In this document: positions 12,270-20,955 of the stretch, in pieces
Layout: every line of letters starts with the position of its first letter
Position numbering within the stretch: position 1 is the stretch's first letter
Source of the DNA: an uncultured Acidobacteriota bacterium
GTDB taxonomy: Bacteria; Acidobacteriota; Terriglobia; 20CM-2-55-15
Length of the DNA: 64,000 nucleotides
Assembly: GCA_963836435.1 (NCBI GenBank)
Contig: CAWIJI010000015.1
Span: 318-64,317 of the forward strand
Direction: 5' to 3'
The notes under the pieces: generated by a model
Databases searched by the model: none
What the model was told of the DNA's origin: nothing
Seen by the model: the letters and a program-made list of their open reading frames with translations, nothing else
Program-made: the position numbers and the translations under genes

Positions 12270-13544
12270 CTAAAACCCGAACCTGGGATTGACCGTGCTG
12301 TTGAAGATGGATCCGAAGCTGTAGTTGATCCCGAAGCTCATGTAGTAGCTGTAGCCTGTGGCACGCTGTCTCAGCTTTAGCAGAACCTCCGCCTCGGAGA
12401 TGTCGCCCTTCGCTAATCCGATCTGATCGTTGATCTTGTCGTAGTTCGCGTAGATGTCGAAGGAAAAGCCCTTGAACAGGCGCACATCCGTGTTGCCGTA
12501 CATGCCAACGTGGTAACGGTCTGTGTGGCTGAGGTGTTGCGACACGCTCACCGATCCGCCGACGGAGCCCCACGGGGCGCGGATTCCGATCGAGGTGTTC
12601 AGAGAGTGGCTCGGCACGTTCTCTTCCAGTTTGTCGAAGATCGTGAGCTCGCGGTATTGGTAGCGCGTCATGCCGATGGAGTATTGGACCGTCAAGCTGC
12701 GGCGCGTGGACACACTGTAGGGAAAGAAGTCGAATTCGATGGCGGGAGATAAGCCGACCGATCGGTCGGTATTGGAAAAGCTGGAGTGCGAGATGTTCGA
12801 GCGCGCCCCGTATGACCATTTGGGCCCGAGGCTCTTCACGACCAGCGAGTTGAGATTCCAGCCGTCGGACTTGCTTTTGAACACGGTGTTGTCGTCGAGT
12901 TTGAACGTCGAGTTATTGGTGTTGCTGTTGACCGAAAAATTCATCTTCCACTGCTCGGTCGTACGACTCGCCGAGCCATTGAAACGGTAGGAACGATTGT
13001 TGCTGGTCTGCTCACCACTGAGGTTGCCGTTCATGCCGATGCGGAAAACCCAGTAGTTCCAGGGATCGTGGTTGGGATCGGGCCTTCGTTCGCCGCCCTC
13101 CTCCGCTTTCCGAAACGAGACGTCGAGCTCCGGAGCGACACTCGTCTCGGCGGCATAACCGACCAGACCCACTTTGAAAACGCGCGCGAATTCCTTGCGC
13201 CGGTCATCCCCGCTCGCCGTCTGCGGAGTGTTGAACGAAAGAGTACGGTCCTGTCCCATAAAGTAATCGAGACCGATAAACTTCAGATTCCAGGCTGTCC
13301 CTCCGCCTCCGGTTTCCTGCGTTGTCACTAGAAGATGCAGGTCGGCCGCCGCGCGATCCCTGACATACTCAATGAAATCGACGTTTTGTCGCAGATATTC
13401 GGTATCACACTCGTATTGGCAATCGATGAAAACGCGAAGGCGAGGCGGCGCAGCCTTCGCGGGCGGCCCCTGAGCCCGCAGTGATGAGGCGAAGAGACAC
13501 AAACACAGAAGAAGGAAACCTTCGCGAATCCGCTGCTCCCCCAT
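12270..13544 (-). CDS. Hypothetical outer-membrane (beta-barrel-like) protein
   Basis: 424-aa ORF with signal-peptide-like N-terminus, S/N/T/G/aromatic alternating strands in the C-terminal two-thirds, and terminal Phe (RFGF). Confidence 0.6.
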   Translation of the reverse strand: MGEQRIREGFLLLCLCLFASSLRAQGPPAKAAPPRLRVFIDCQYECDTEYLRQNVDFIEYVRDRAAADLHLLVTTQETGGGGTAWNLKFIGLDYFMGQDRTLSFNTPQTASGDDRRKEFARVFKVGLVGYAAETSVAPELDVSFRKAEEGGERRPDPNHDPWNYWVFRIGMNGNLSGEQTSNNRSYRFNGSASRTTEQWKMNFSVNSNTNNSTFKLDDNTVFKSKSDGWNLNSLVVKSLGPKWSYGARSNISHSSFSNTDRSVGLSPAIEFDFFPYSVSTRRSLTVQYSIGMTRYQYRELTIFDKLEENVPSHSLNTSIGIRAPWGSVGGSVSVSQHLSHTDRYHVGMYGNTDVRLFKGFSFDIYANYDKINDQIGLAKGDISEAEVLLKLRQRATGYSYYMSFGINYSFGSIFNSTVNPRFGF

Positions 13545-13689
13545 CCCAACCCCCGGATACGGCTATTTTTTGTCGGCTGAACCTGGGCTTTAGACACCGG
13601 CAAACACGATCCGGTTTGCACTTTCGTTTAAATGGTGCCCGTGACCCTATACCAACGGCGGGTCAAAAGCGTTGATCTGCGAAGGATCC

Positions 13690-14880
13690 TTACGACAGCA
13701 GCCCGTTCCCAAACTTGCGCGTCCAGGCGATAGCATCCATATAGATGTCGCGGATTGGCGCTGCCGCCATTCCATAAAACTCGACGTTGTCCCAATCTGC
13801 GTTCTCGTATGCCACCGTGCATCGGAGGGCCTGCCCGACGGTCCCGGTCCTGTGGATCAACGCCGACTTGACTGCATCAATCAGCGGCAACTGCGCCACC
13901 GCCTTCTCCATCGGGCAATCGAGCAGGGCATCGATGACGGACAGCAACCCCGCGGAGAAGAAAGACTCCTTCTCCGCATTCTTCACAAACTCCGACAGAC
14001 GCTCGCACATCCGCGCCCGCACCAGCGAGATCGTCATTAATTCGCGGGGTTTGTCGTCGACCGTGGACAGCAGGAGCACGCTGGCCCACTTTCGGAGCAT
14101 CTCCGTGCCAATCAGGCGGACAGCATGGCCCACGGAACTCACGCTCCTGGGAAGCGCTACGGCCGCTGAATTTGCGTAGCTCAACAACTTGTAGCTGAGA
14201 GCCGCGTCCAGCGAGATCGTCTTTTCCACCTCGGGCATCGGCAGTTCCGGATCCTGGAGCTGGGTCAAAACCCGCATCATCGCCAGACGGTTCACCGGAA
14301 TCTGCTTTTCTTCCTGAGCCGCCGAGCGGGCGATAAACCGCCCCTGATAGAGATCGAAGCCGAGAGTCTTGCAATACTCAAGGTCATCGTAGGTGTTGAC
14401 GCAATCCGCGAGAACCTGAGCCTTGTAGCGCCTCAGCTGCGTGATTTTCTTCTCGAGATCTTCCGGCGGCAGGCTGGTGACATCCAGTCTGAGAACAGGC
14501 TTCCGATCGACGAACAGGTCGAGACACGCCGGGCTGAGATGGCCGGAAAGTGCAATGCGAGCCCCGGCGGCTGTGAGCTTTACGAGTTCCTTCGCGACTG
14601 CGTCCTCAGGACTGAAGTCGGCGAGGTAGCCCAACACCATTCTGTTGGCCGGAAATCTCTTCCACAATCCCTCCGCCAGGGCTTCGGTCGTCAAGCTGAC
14701 AAAACAGGAGTGCGGCCCCACAATTTGATCGATCCCGGCATCCGACAACATCGCGAACATCGAGCGTTCGGCGTCCGGCGTGGCAGCCGACTTTTCGCCC
14801 AGAGCACGCGACCGGATCTCATAGGCGGTGACATCGATCCTGGATTTGAATATGGGGAGACGGCTGAGTAGATAGTCCAT
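13690..14880 (-). CDS. EAL-like + HDOD domain signal-transduction protein (YuxH-like)
   Basis: 396 aa: SRLPIF...AYEIRSR N-terminus, LGFDLYQGRFIAR, DAALSYKLLSYANS, FSAGLLSVIDALL, typical of EAL-HDOD proteins. Confidence 0.8.
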   Translation of the reverse strand: MDYLLSRLPIFKSRIDVTAYEIRSRALGEKSAATPDAERSMFAMLSDAGIDQIVGPHSCFVSLTTEALAEGLWKRFPANRMVLGYLADFSPEDAVAKELVKLTAAGARIALSGHLSPACLDLFVDRKPVLRLDVTSLPPEDLEKKITQLRRYKAQVLADCVNTYDDLEYCKTLGFDLYQGRFIARSAAQEEKQIPVNRLAMMRVLTQLQDPELPMPEVEKTISLDAALSYKLLSYANSAAVALPRSVSSVGHAVRLIGTEMLRKWASVLLLSTVDDKPRELMTISLVRARMCERLSEFVKNAEKESFFSAGLLSVIDALLDCPMEKAVAQLPLIDAVKSALIHRTGTVGQALRCTVAYENADWDNVEFYGMAAAPIRDIYMDAIAWTRKFGNGLLS

Positions 14881-15069
14881 AATTTACATGACGTTCGGCT
14901 TTATCCACCGTTGTTTGTATCGAGGCGGCACAAATGGGTCAATATCTTTCACACCAACCACGACCCAACCGGAGCCAGCGCGGAAGCAGGAAGCAGGTTG
15001 ACAGTTGGAAGATCGAATCGTCTGCCATAAGATAGGCAGCTCTTTGATCGGAACACAGGAGGTTTTCAC

Positions 15070-16005
15070 GTGCTTAGCCCAAAACTTGCTCCGGAAATTC
15101 GAGCCATCCTTGAAGGAATGGCAGCCCAGGGCGCGCCCCCCCTCGAATCCTTACCCGCTCCCCAGGCTCGGCAGATGGCCGAGGGAATGGCTGCACTGGC
15201 CGGCCAACCGGAGGCGGTGGCCGGCGTCGAAAATCGTCGCATCGTGGGCAGCGGCGGAGAGGTTCCTGTCCGGATTTACAGGCCGGAAGGCGATGGCCCC
15301 TTCCCTGGCGTCGTCTACTATCATGGCGGGGGCTGGGTGGTTTGCAATCTCGACACTCACGACAACATTTGCCGGGGTCTTTCGCGTCGAGCGGGGGCGG
15401 TCGTCGTGGCGGTGGACTATCGTTTGGCTCCAGAGCACAAGTTCCCGGCCGCGCTCGAGGATTGTGTGGATGTGACGCGCTGGGTTGCGGCCAATGCGAA
15501 GTCCCTCCGCATCGATCCGCAGCGGCTGGCGGTTGCCGGCGACAGTGCAGGCGCGAATATGGCGACAGTCATAGCCGGTAAGGCACGCGGGACGCAGGGT
15601 CCTGCTATTGCGCTGCAGATACTGGTCTATCCCGTTGTCGATCTGAGCGCTGCCGACACGCCGTCTCATCGAGAGTTTGCCGAGGATCACTTCCTGACGA
15701 GATCTGCGATGGAATGGTTCGCGAACAACTACTTCGCGCCGGATGCGGACCGAAAGCAACCCGATGCGTCACCCCTGTTTATCGAGGACCTGCGTGGTTT
15801 CCCACCTGCATTGATCATCACTGCCGAATGCGACCCGTTACGCGATGAAGGCGAAGCTTTTGCCAAACGCCTCCAGCAGGCTGGCGTTAAAGTCACGCTC
15901 ACGCGTTATGACGGCACGATCCATCCTTTCCTGAACTTTCTCGGCGCGTCACCCAGCGCTCAAAAGGCCCTGGACCAGATGGCTGCCGCGGTTCGCGAAA
16001 TTTAA
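15070..16005 (+). CDS. Alpha/beta hydrolase, HSL-family esterase/lipase
   Basis: HGGGWV oxyanion motif, DYRLAPEHKFP, GDSAG nucleophile, ECDPLRDEG acid, terminal H motif. Confidence 0.9.
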   Translation: MLSPKLAPEIRAILEGMAAQGAPPLESLPAPQARQMAEGMAALAGQPEAVAGVENRRIVGSGGEVPVRIYRPEGDGPFPGVVYYHGGGWVVCNLDTHDNICRGLSRRAGAVVVAVDYRLAPEHKFPAALEDCVDVTRWVAANAKSLRIDPQRLAVAGDSAGANMATVIAGKARGTQGPAIALQILVYPVVDLSAADTPSHREFAEDHFLTRSAMEWFANNYFAPDADRKQPDASPLFIEDLRGFPPALIITAECDPLRDEGEAFAKRLQQAGVKVTLTRYDGTIHPFLNFLGASPSAQKALDQMAAAVREI

Positions 16006-16153
16006 GGACTCTCCGCTCATGCGAATCGCGGGAGGCTCCTCCGGACGGCCGGCGCCCCAGTCCTGTCAACAGTCTGCGCAGGAACAGACCGGCCTTAATT
16101 TGGCCTCGGCTGTACCCATCCGCGGGCAGGAATCGTACATATCTTTGGAATAA

Positions 16154-16183
16154 TTGACGGACTGACGTACCGAAAAGGATAAT
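16154..16183 (+). promoter_or_regulatory. Candidate sigma70-type promoter for the MBL-DUF1592-DUF1552 cluster
   Basis: TTGACG (16154-16159), 18-nt spacer, GATAAT (16178-16183) in an AT-rich stretch; GAGGAG RBS upstream of ATG 16220. Confidence 0.45.
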
Positions 16184-16219
16184 TGTCCCTAACCTTTTGG
16201 GATAGAGGAGAGAGTTGGA

Positions 16220-17182
16220 ATGATACGGTCAAACCGCCGGGATTTTTGCCGTGCGCTCGTCAGCGGAGCGGCCGGGTTGTCTCTCGCATCTCGCTTGCCG
16301 AAAATCTACGCTCAAGGTTCCGCTTCTGCCATTTCCGCGACCAGACTTTCGGAGAACTACACGTTGCTCGCGGGCGCAGGCTCGAACGTTCTGGTTCTGA
16401 CGCAGCCGGATGGCTGCCTGCTGGTGGACGGAGGAATGGCGGAACGTTCGGCGGACTTGCTGAAGGCGGTCTCGGAGTTGTCTGGCGGCAAGCCTGTTCA
16501 GGCGCTGTTCAATACCTGCTGGCACCTGGAAAACACGGGGTCCAATGACACCCTGGGTAAAGCCGGCACAAAGATCATCGCCCACGAGAATACGAAGCTC
16601 TGGATGGGCACGGAGTTTCACGTCCAGTGGCAGGACAAGACCTACAAGCCCCGTGCAAAGGAAGCCCGCCCCACGCAGACGTTCTACACCACCGGTAAGA
16701 TGACTTTCGGCAAAGAAGAAATCCAATACGGATATCTGGGGCAGGCTCATACGGATGGAGATATCTACGTCTTTTTTCCGAATCCGAACATCCTGGTGAC
16801 AGGCAACGTTTTCACCGTTGGCAAGTATCCGATTCTCGATTGGTCCACGGGTGGATGGATCGGCGGTGAATACGAAGCCGCGAATCTACTGGTGGGGCTG
16901 GCCAATGCCCAAACCAAGGTCGTTCCAGGAACCGGCCCCGTACAGACGCAGGCCGATCTGAAAGATCTCGCCGAAATGACGTTAACCATGCGGATGCGGT
17001 TCATCGATCTGATGAAGAAAGGGCAGAGTGCCGGCGATATGTTCCGCTCGGCTCCAACAAAGGACTACGACGCCAAGTGGGGCGATCCGAAGCAATTTAT
17101 CGCGAACATGTATCCCGGCCTGTGGAATCACGTCCGCGAAATCAGTCCCCTGGGAAGCCCGGGCCTCGCGAATATCGTTTAG
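16220..17182 (+). CDS. Tat-exported MBL-fold (cyclase-like) protein with a degenerate metal motif
   Basis: RRDFCRAL Tat motif; cyclase-like segments GSNV, LLVDGG, IIAHEN, AHTDGDIYV, VVPG. The HxHxDH site reads TCWHLEN. Confidence 0.75.
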   Translation: MIRSNRRDFCRALVSGAAGLSLASRLPKIYAQGSASAISATRLSENYTLLAGAGSNVLVLTQPDGCLLVDGGMAERSADLLKAVSELSGGKPVQALFNTCWHLENTGSNDTLGKAGTKIIAHENTKLWMGTEFHVQWQDKTYKPRAKEARPTQTFYTTGKMTFGKEEIQYGYLGQAHTDGDIYVFFPNPNILVTGNVFTVGKYPILDWSTGGWIGGEYEAANLLVGLANAQTKVVPGTGPVQTQADLKDLAEMTLTMRMRFIDLMKKGQSAGDMFRSAPTKDYDAKWGDPKQFIANMYPGLWNHVREISPLGSPGLANIV

Positions 17183-17195
17183 GAGTGGAATAAGG

Positions 17196-19532
17196 ATGAT
17201 GAAGCGCTATGTTTTGGCGGCCACGGCGATCGTGCTGGGCATTGTTTCGTCGGGTTCCGCAGGCCCTGCCGGATTGCAAGCGGCCGCGCAGCAACTTCCT
17301 CAGGCGCAGGCCGCCGCGGTGCCCGCTGCCATCGCGCCTTACAAGGCAACCATCGATCAATATTGCGTCACCTGTCACAACCAGCGCACCAAGACTGCAG
17401 GCCTCGCGCTGGACTCCATGGATATGACGAAACTTCCCGAGCATGCCGAAACCTGGGAAAAGGCCATCATGAAGCTGCGCGGCAATCTGATGCCGCCACC
17501 CAACGCAAAGCAGCCCGAGCCGGCAGCCAGACAGTCGCTGGTAGCCTGGCTCGAGAATTCACTGGATCAGGCCGCAGCGGCGAATCCGAACCCCGGAAGT
17601 GTGCAACTCCATCGTTTAAACCGAAGCGAATATGCCGCATCCATCAAGGAGATCTTCGATATCGAGGTCGACGCTGCCAACCTTCTGCCTGCCGACGACA
17701 CCAGCGAGGGCTTCGACAACATCTCGAACGTTCTTAAAGTTTCGCCTTCATTTCTGGATCAATACATCAACGCGGCACGCGCGGTCACGCTTCAGGCGAT
17801 CGGTACGCCGATGACGGAGGAAGCTCAGCGCGTTACCTTGCGCCCCGGAAGCAACGAACTGGATCCTTATGTCCCCGGGGGCGTGCCGTTGGGGATGACG
17901 GGAACTGTTGTCGAGCATCAGTTCCCGGCGGATGGTGAATACGAAATTCGCGGCAACGGGAATATCCTGCTCGACGGCGTTCGCATCACACCAAACACGC
18001 GCATGGCGGTTAAGGCCGGGCCCCACAAGATTGCGACAGTTACCGCCCCGAGAAGCTTTGTGGAATCCGATACCGTGCTGCAGTCCTTCACGCCGGGAGG
18101 CGGCGGTGGATTCGGAGGCGGCGGGGGCCGCGGCGGCAGAGGCGGGGGCGGGGGCGGCATCCAGATTATCGGCCCCTTCACACCGACGACCGAGGTGCAG
18201 GATATCTCGAGCCGGCAGCGGATCTTCATATGCCACCCGGCGAGTGAGAGCCAGGAAATTTCCTGCGCCACCCAGATCCTCAAGAATACAGCGCGCCGCG
18301 CTTTCCGCCGGCCGGTCACCGACGAAGATGTCGCCGGGGCGCTCGCATCGTTCAAAGAGGGACGAGGTATCTACAAGAACTTCGAATCCGGGATTCAGTA
18401 CGGTTTGATGGCAATCCTGGCAAGCCCCAGATTCCTCTATCGCGTGGAACCCCCGTCAAAGACCGCAACTGCCGGCAGCAATTACAAGATCAGCAATCTG
18501 GAATTGGCCTCGCGGCTGTCCTTCTTCCTGTGGAGCCAGATCCCCGATGAGACGCTGCTCGATCTGGCGGCGAAGGGACGGCTGAGCGACCCCGCCGTGC
18601 TCGAACAGCAGGTCAAGCGCATGCTCGCGGATCCCCGAGCCAAATCCCTGGTCACCAATTTCGCCTTTCAGTGGCTCCGCGTTCGCGATCTCGACAAGAT
18701 CGATCCGGACGCCATCCTCTTCCCGAATTTCGATGCAGGTCTGAAGAACGCTTTCCGGACGGAAATGGAACTGTTCGTCTCGAGCATCTTCGAGGAAGAC
18801 CGCAGCGTCATGGAACTCCTGAACGCGGATTACACGTATCTGAACGAGCGTCTGGCCGCCCATTACGCCATTCCCGATGTGCGTGGCCCCCAATTCCGCC
18901 GCGTCACATTGACAGACCGCAACCGCTGGGGGTTGCTTGGAAAAGGCAGCGTTCTTCTGGTGACGTCGTATCCGAACCGAACGTCGTCCGTTCTCCGGGG
19001 TGCCTTCATCCTGGAAACGATCACGGGTACGCCGCCCGCAGCGCCGCCCCCGGGGGTTGACGCTTTCAAGGAAAACAAGGAAGGCGAAAAAGCCAAGTCG
19101 GTGCGCGAAATCATGCAGGCCCATCGCGCAAACCCTACCTGCAACGCGTGCCACGGCATCCTCGATCCTATGGGTTTCGCGCTGGAAAGTTTCGATGCAA
19201 TCGGCGAGTTCCGCACCAAGGACCGCTGGTCGTCAACCCCAATCGATGCGTCCGGCACTCTCGCGGATGGGACGCCGGTCAGCGGGCCGGACGATCTCAG
19301 GAGAGCGCTGACGAAGAAGCCGGACCAGTTTGTGCAGACAATGACGCAAAAGTTGATGACCTATGGTCTCGGCCGCAGCGTCGAGTACTTTGATATGCCG
19401 ACGATTCGCCGGATCGTTCGGGATTCCGCAAAGGATAATTACAGGTTTTCGTCACTCATTCTCGGTATCGTGAAGAGTGCGGCGTTCCAGTCTCAACGCG
19501 CACCGCAAGGCGACGCCAGGGTCGGGGACTAG
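17196..19532 (+). CDS. DUF1592/DUF1588/DUF1585/DUF1587/DUF1595 (PSD) protein with two CxxCH heme c motifs
   Basis: CVTCH, RLNRSEY, ARRAFRRPV, LASPRFLYR, LELASRLSFFLWS, RWGLLGKGSVL, RTSSVLRG, CNACH, DPMGFALESFD. Probable start at ATG 17196 rather than the ORF-track 17028. Confidence 0.85.
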   Translation: MMKRYVLAATAIVLGIVSSGSAGPAGLQAAAQQLPQAQAAAVPAAIAPYKATIDQYCVTCHNQRTKTAGLALDSMDMTKLPEHAETWEKAIMKLRGNLMPPPNAKQPEPAARQSLVAWLENSLDQAAAANPNPGSVQLHRLNRSEYAASIKEIFDIEVDAANLLPADDTSEGFDNISNVLKVSPSFLDQYINAARAVTLQAIGTPMTEEAQRVTLRPGSNELDPYVPGGVPLGMTGTVVEHQFPADGEYEIRGNGNILLDGVRITPNTRMAVKAGPHKIATVTAPRSFVESDTVLQSFTPGGGGGFGGGGGRGGRGGGGGGIQIIGPFTPTTEVQDISSRQRIFICHPASESQEISCATQILKNTARRAFRRPVTDEDVAGALASFKEGRGIYKNFESGIQYGLMAILASPRFLYRVEPPSKTATAGSNYKISNLELASRLSFFLWSQIPDETLLDLAAKGRLSDPAVLEQQVKRMLADPRAKSLVTNFAFQWLRVRDLDKIDPDAILFPNFDAGLKNAFRTEMELFVSSIFEEDRSVMELLNADYTYLNERLAAHYAIPDVRGPQFRRVTLTDRNRWGLLGKGSVLLVTSYPNRTSSVLRGAFILETITGTPPAAPPPGVDAFKENKEGEKAKSVREIMQAHRANPTCNACHGILDPMGFALESFDAIGEFRTKDRWSSTPIDASGTLADGTPVSGPDDLRRALTKKPDQFVQTMTQKLMTYGLGRSVEYFDMPTIRRIVRDSAKDNYRFSSLILGIVKSAAFQSQRAPQGDARVGD

Positions 19533-19631
19533 TGCTCGGAGTGCAACTCAGCGCGAAGCGTGAGCGCGATAGCGCGAAACCTCAGGGGTTGGGGCGCAGC
19601 CATAAAATGACAGTTCGATAGGAGAGGTCTA

Positions 19632-20954
19632 ATGTTCATTACGAAGAAGCATCTGCAACGCCGCACGTTCCTCAAAGGCATGGGTGTCACCATGGCATTG
19701 CCTCTGCTGGATGCCATGATTCCGGCCGGCACGGCGCTCGCCCAGACCGCTGCTGCTCCAACCCTGCGTGCCGGGTTTATCTATATTCCGCACGGCGCCG
19801 TAATGAGCCAGTGGACCCCGGAGAAGACCGGCACGGACTTTGAGTTCACACCAATTCTCAAGGCGCTGGAGCCGCACAGAAAACAGCTCACGATCGTCAG
19901 CGGTCTTGAGAACAGGGCCGCCATTGCCCCCCCGGTTCACGCGCTGAGCCCGGGGACGTGGTTGAGCGGGGTCGCGCCGCGCAAGAGCCAGGATCCGTGG
20001 GGCGGCAAGACCATCGACCAGATGATTGCCGACAAGATCGGACAGGACACCCCCTTCCCCACTCTGGAACTTGCCATTGAAGGCCGCGGTGGCGGCGGAT
20101 CCTGCGACCGCGACTACGGCTGCAGCTACTCGGGAACGATCTCTTTCCGGACGCCGAACCAGCCACTGCCGATGGAAACTAATCCACGCAAGCTCTTCCA
20201 GCGCCTGTTCGGCCAGGGCGACACCCCCGAAGAACGCAAGGTGATCGCCCGGCAATACTCCAGCGTGCTCGACCTGGTTTCCAGGGAAGCCGCGGACCTG
20301 CAGCGCGAATTGGGCGCAGCCGACAAGGTGGTGCTGACCGACTACCTGGAAACGGTTCGGGAAATCGAACGCCGCGTCGAGAAAATGGAAGCCCGCGACC
20401 TCTCGAAACTCAATCTGCCGCCCGCTCCAGCCGGTCCGCCGGCGAATTCCGATGATCATCTGAAACTGATGTTCGACCTGGCTCTGCTTGCCTATCAAGG
20501 CAACCTGACGCGCGTGTTCAGCCTGATGATGGCAGGGGAAGTCAGCAACCTGACCTACAACAACGTGGGGGTCCCGGACGCCTACCACCCCATCTCTCAC
20601 TACGGCGCCGACAAGACGAAGATCGACAAGTGCGTGAAGATTCAGACCTACTACAGCACGATCATCGCCCGATTCCTCGACAAGCTGAAGGCACTTCCGG
20701 ATGGCGACGGGAACATGCTGGATCACGCCCTTCTGGTGTGGGGCAGCAACATGAGCAACAGCAATGCGCACAATCACTATCCTCTGCCAATGACCATTCT
20801 CGGGGGAGCGAACGGCAAGGTGAAGGGTGGACAGCACCTCAAGTATCCCGATCAGACACCGCTTTCCAACCTGCTCCTCACGGTCGTTCAACGAGCCGGA
20901 GTCGAGGTCGATAAAGTCGGCGATGACGGCACGAAGCCGTTCTCGGAGGTCTAA
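19632..20954 (+). CDS. DUF1552 domain protein (Tat signal)
   Basis: RRTFLKGMGVTMALPLLDAM, YIPHG, TIDQMIAD, LPMETNPRKLFQRLFG, DYLETVREIERR, YHPISH, SNMSNSNAHNH. Confidence 0.88.
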   Translation: MFITKKHLQRRTFLKGMGVTMALPLLDAMIPAGTALAQTAAAPTLRAGFIYIPHGAVMSQWTPEKTGTDFEFTPILKALEPHRKQLTIVSGLENRAAIAPPVHALSPGTWLSGVAPRKSQDPWGGKTIDQMIADKIGQDTPFPTLELAIEGRGGGGSCDRDYGCSYSGTISFRTPNQPLPMETNPRKLFQRLFGQGDTPEERKVIARQYSSVLDLVSREAADLQRELGAADKVVLTDYLETVREIERRVEKMEARDLSKLNLPPAPAGPPANSDDHLKLMFDLALLAYQGNLTRVFSLMMAGEVSNLTYNNVGVPDAYHPISHYGADKTKIDKCVKIQTYYSTIIARFLDKLKALPDGDGNMLDHALLVWGSNMSNSNAHNHYPLPMTILGGANGKVKGGQHLKYPDQTPLSNLLLTVVQRAGVEVDKVGDDGTKPFSEV

Positions 20955-20955
20955 G

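Noticed and set aside
11756-12292. Small ORFs across the repeat copies (also 32452..32934, 52503..52869, 46489..46926)
   Set aside because: Translations of the palindromic repeats; similar peptides recur at each copy.
19533-19631. GCGCGAAGCGTGAGCGCGATAGCGCG tract between DUF1592 and DUF1552
   Set aside because: May be a short REP-like relic but occurs once in the window and gives no convincing stem.
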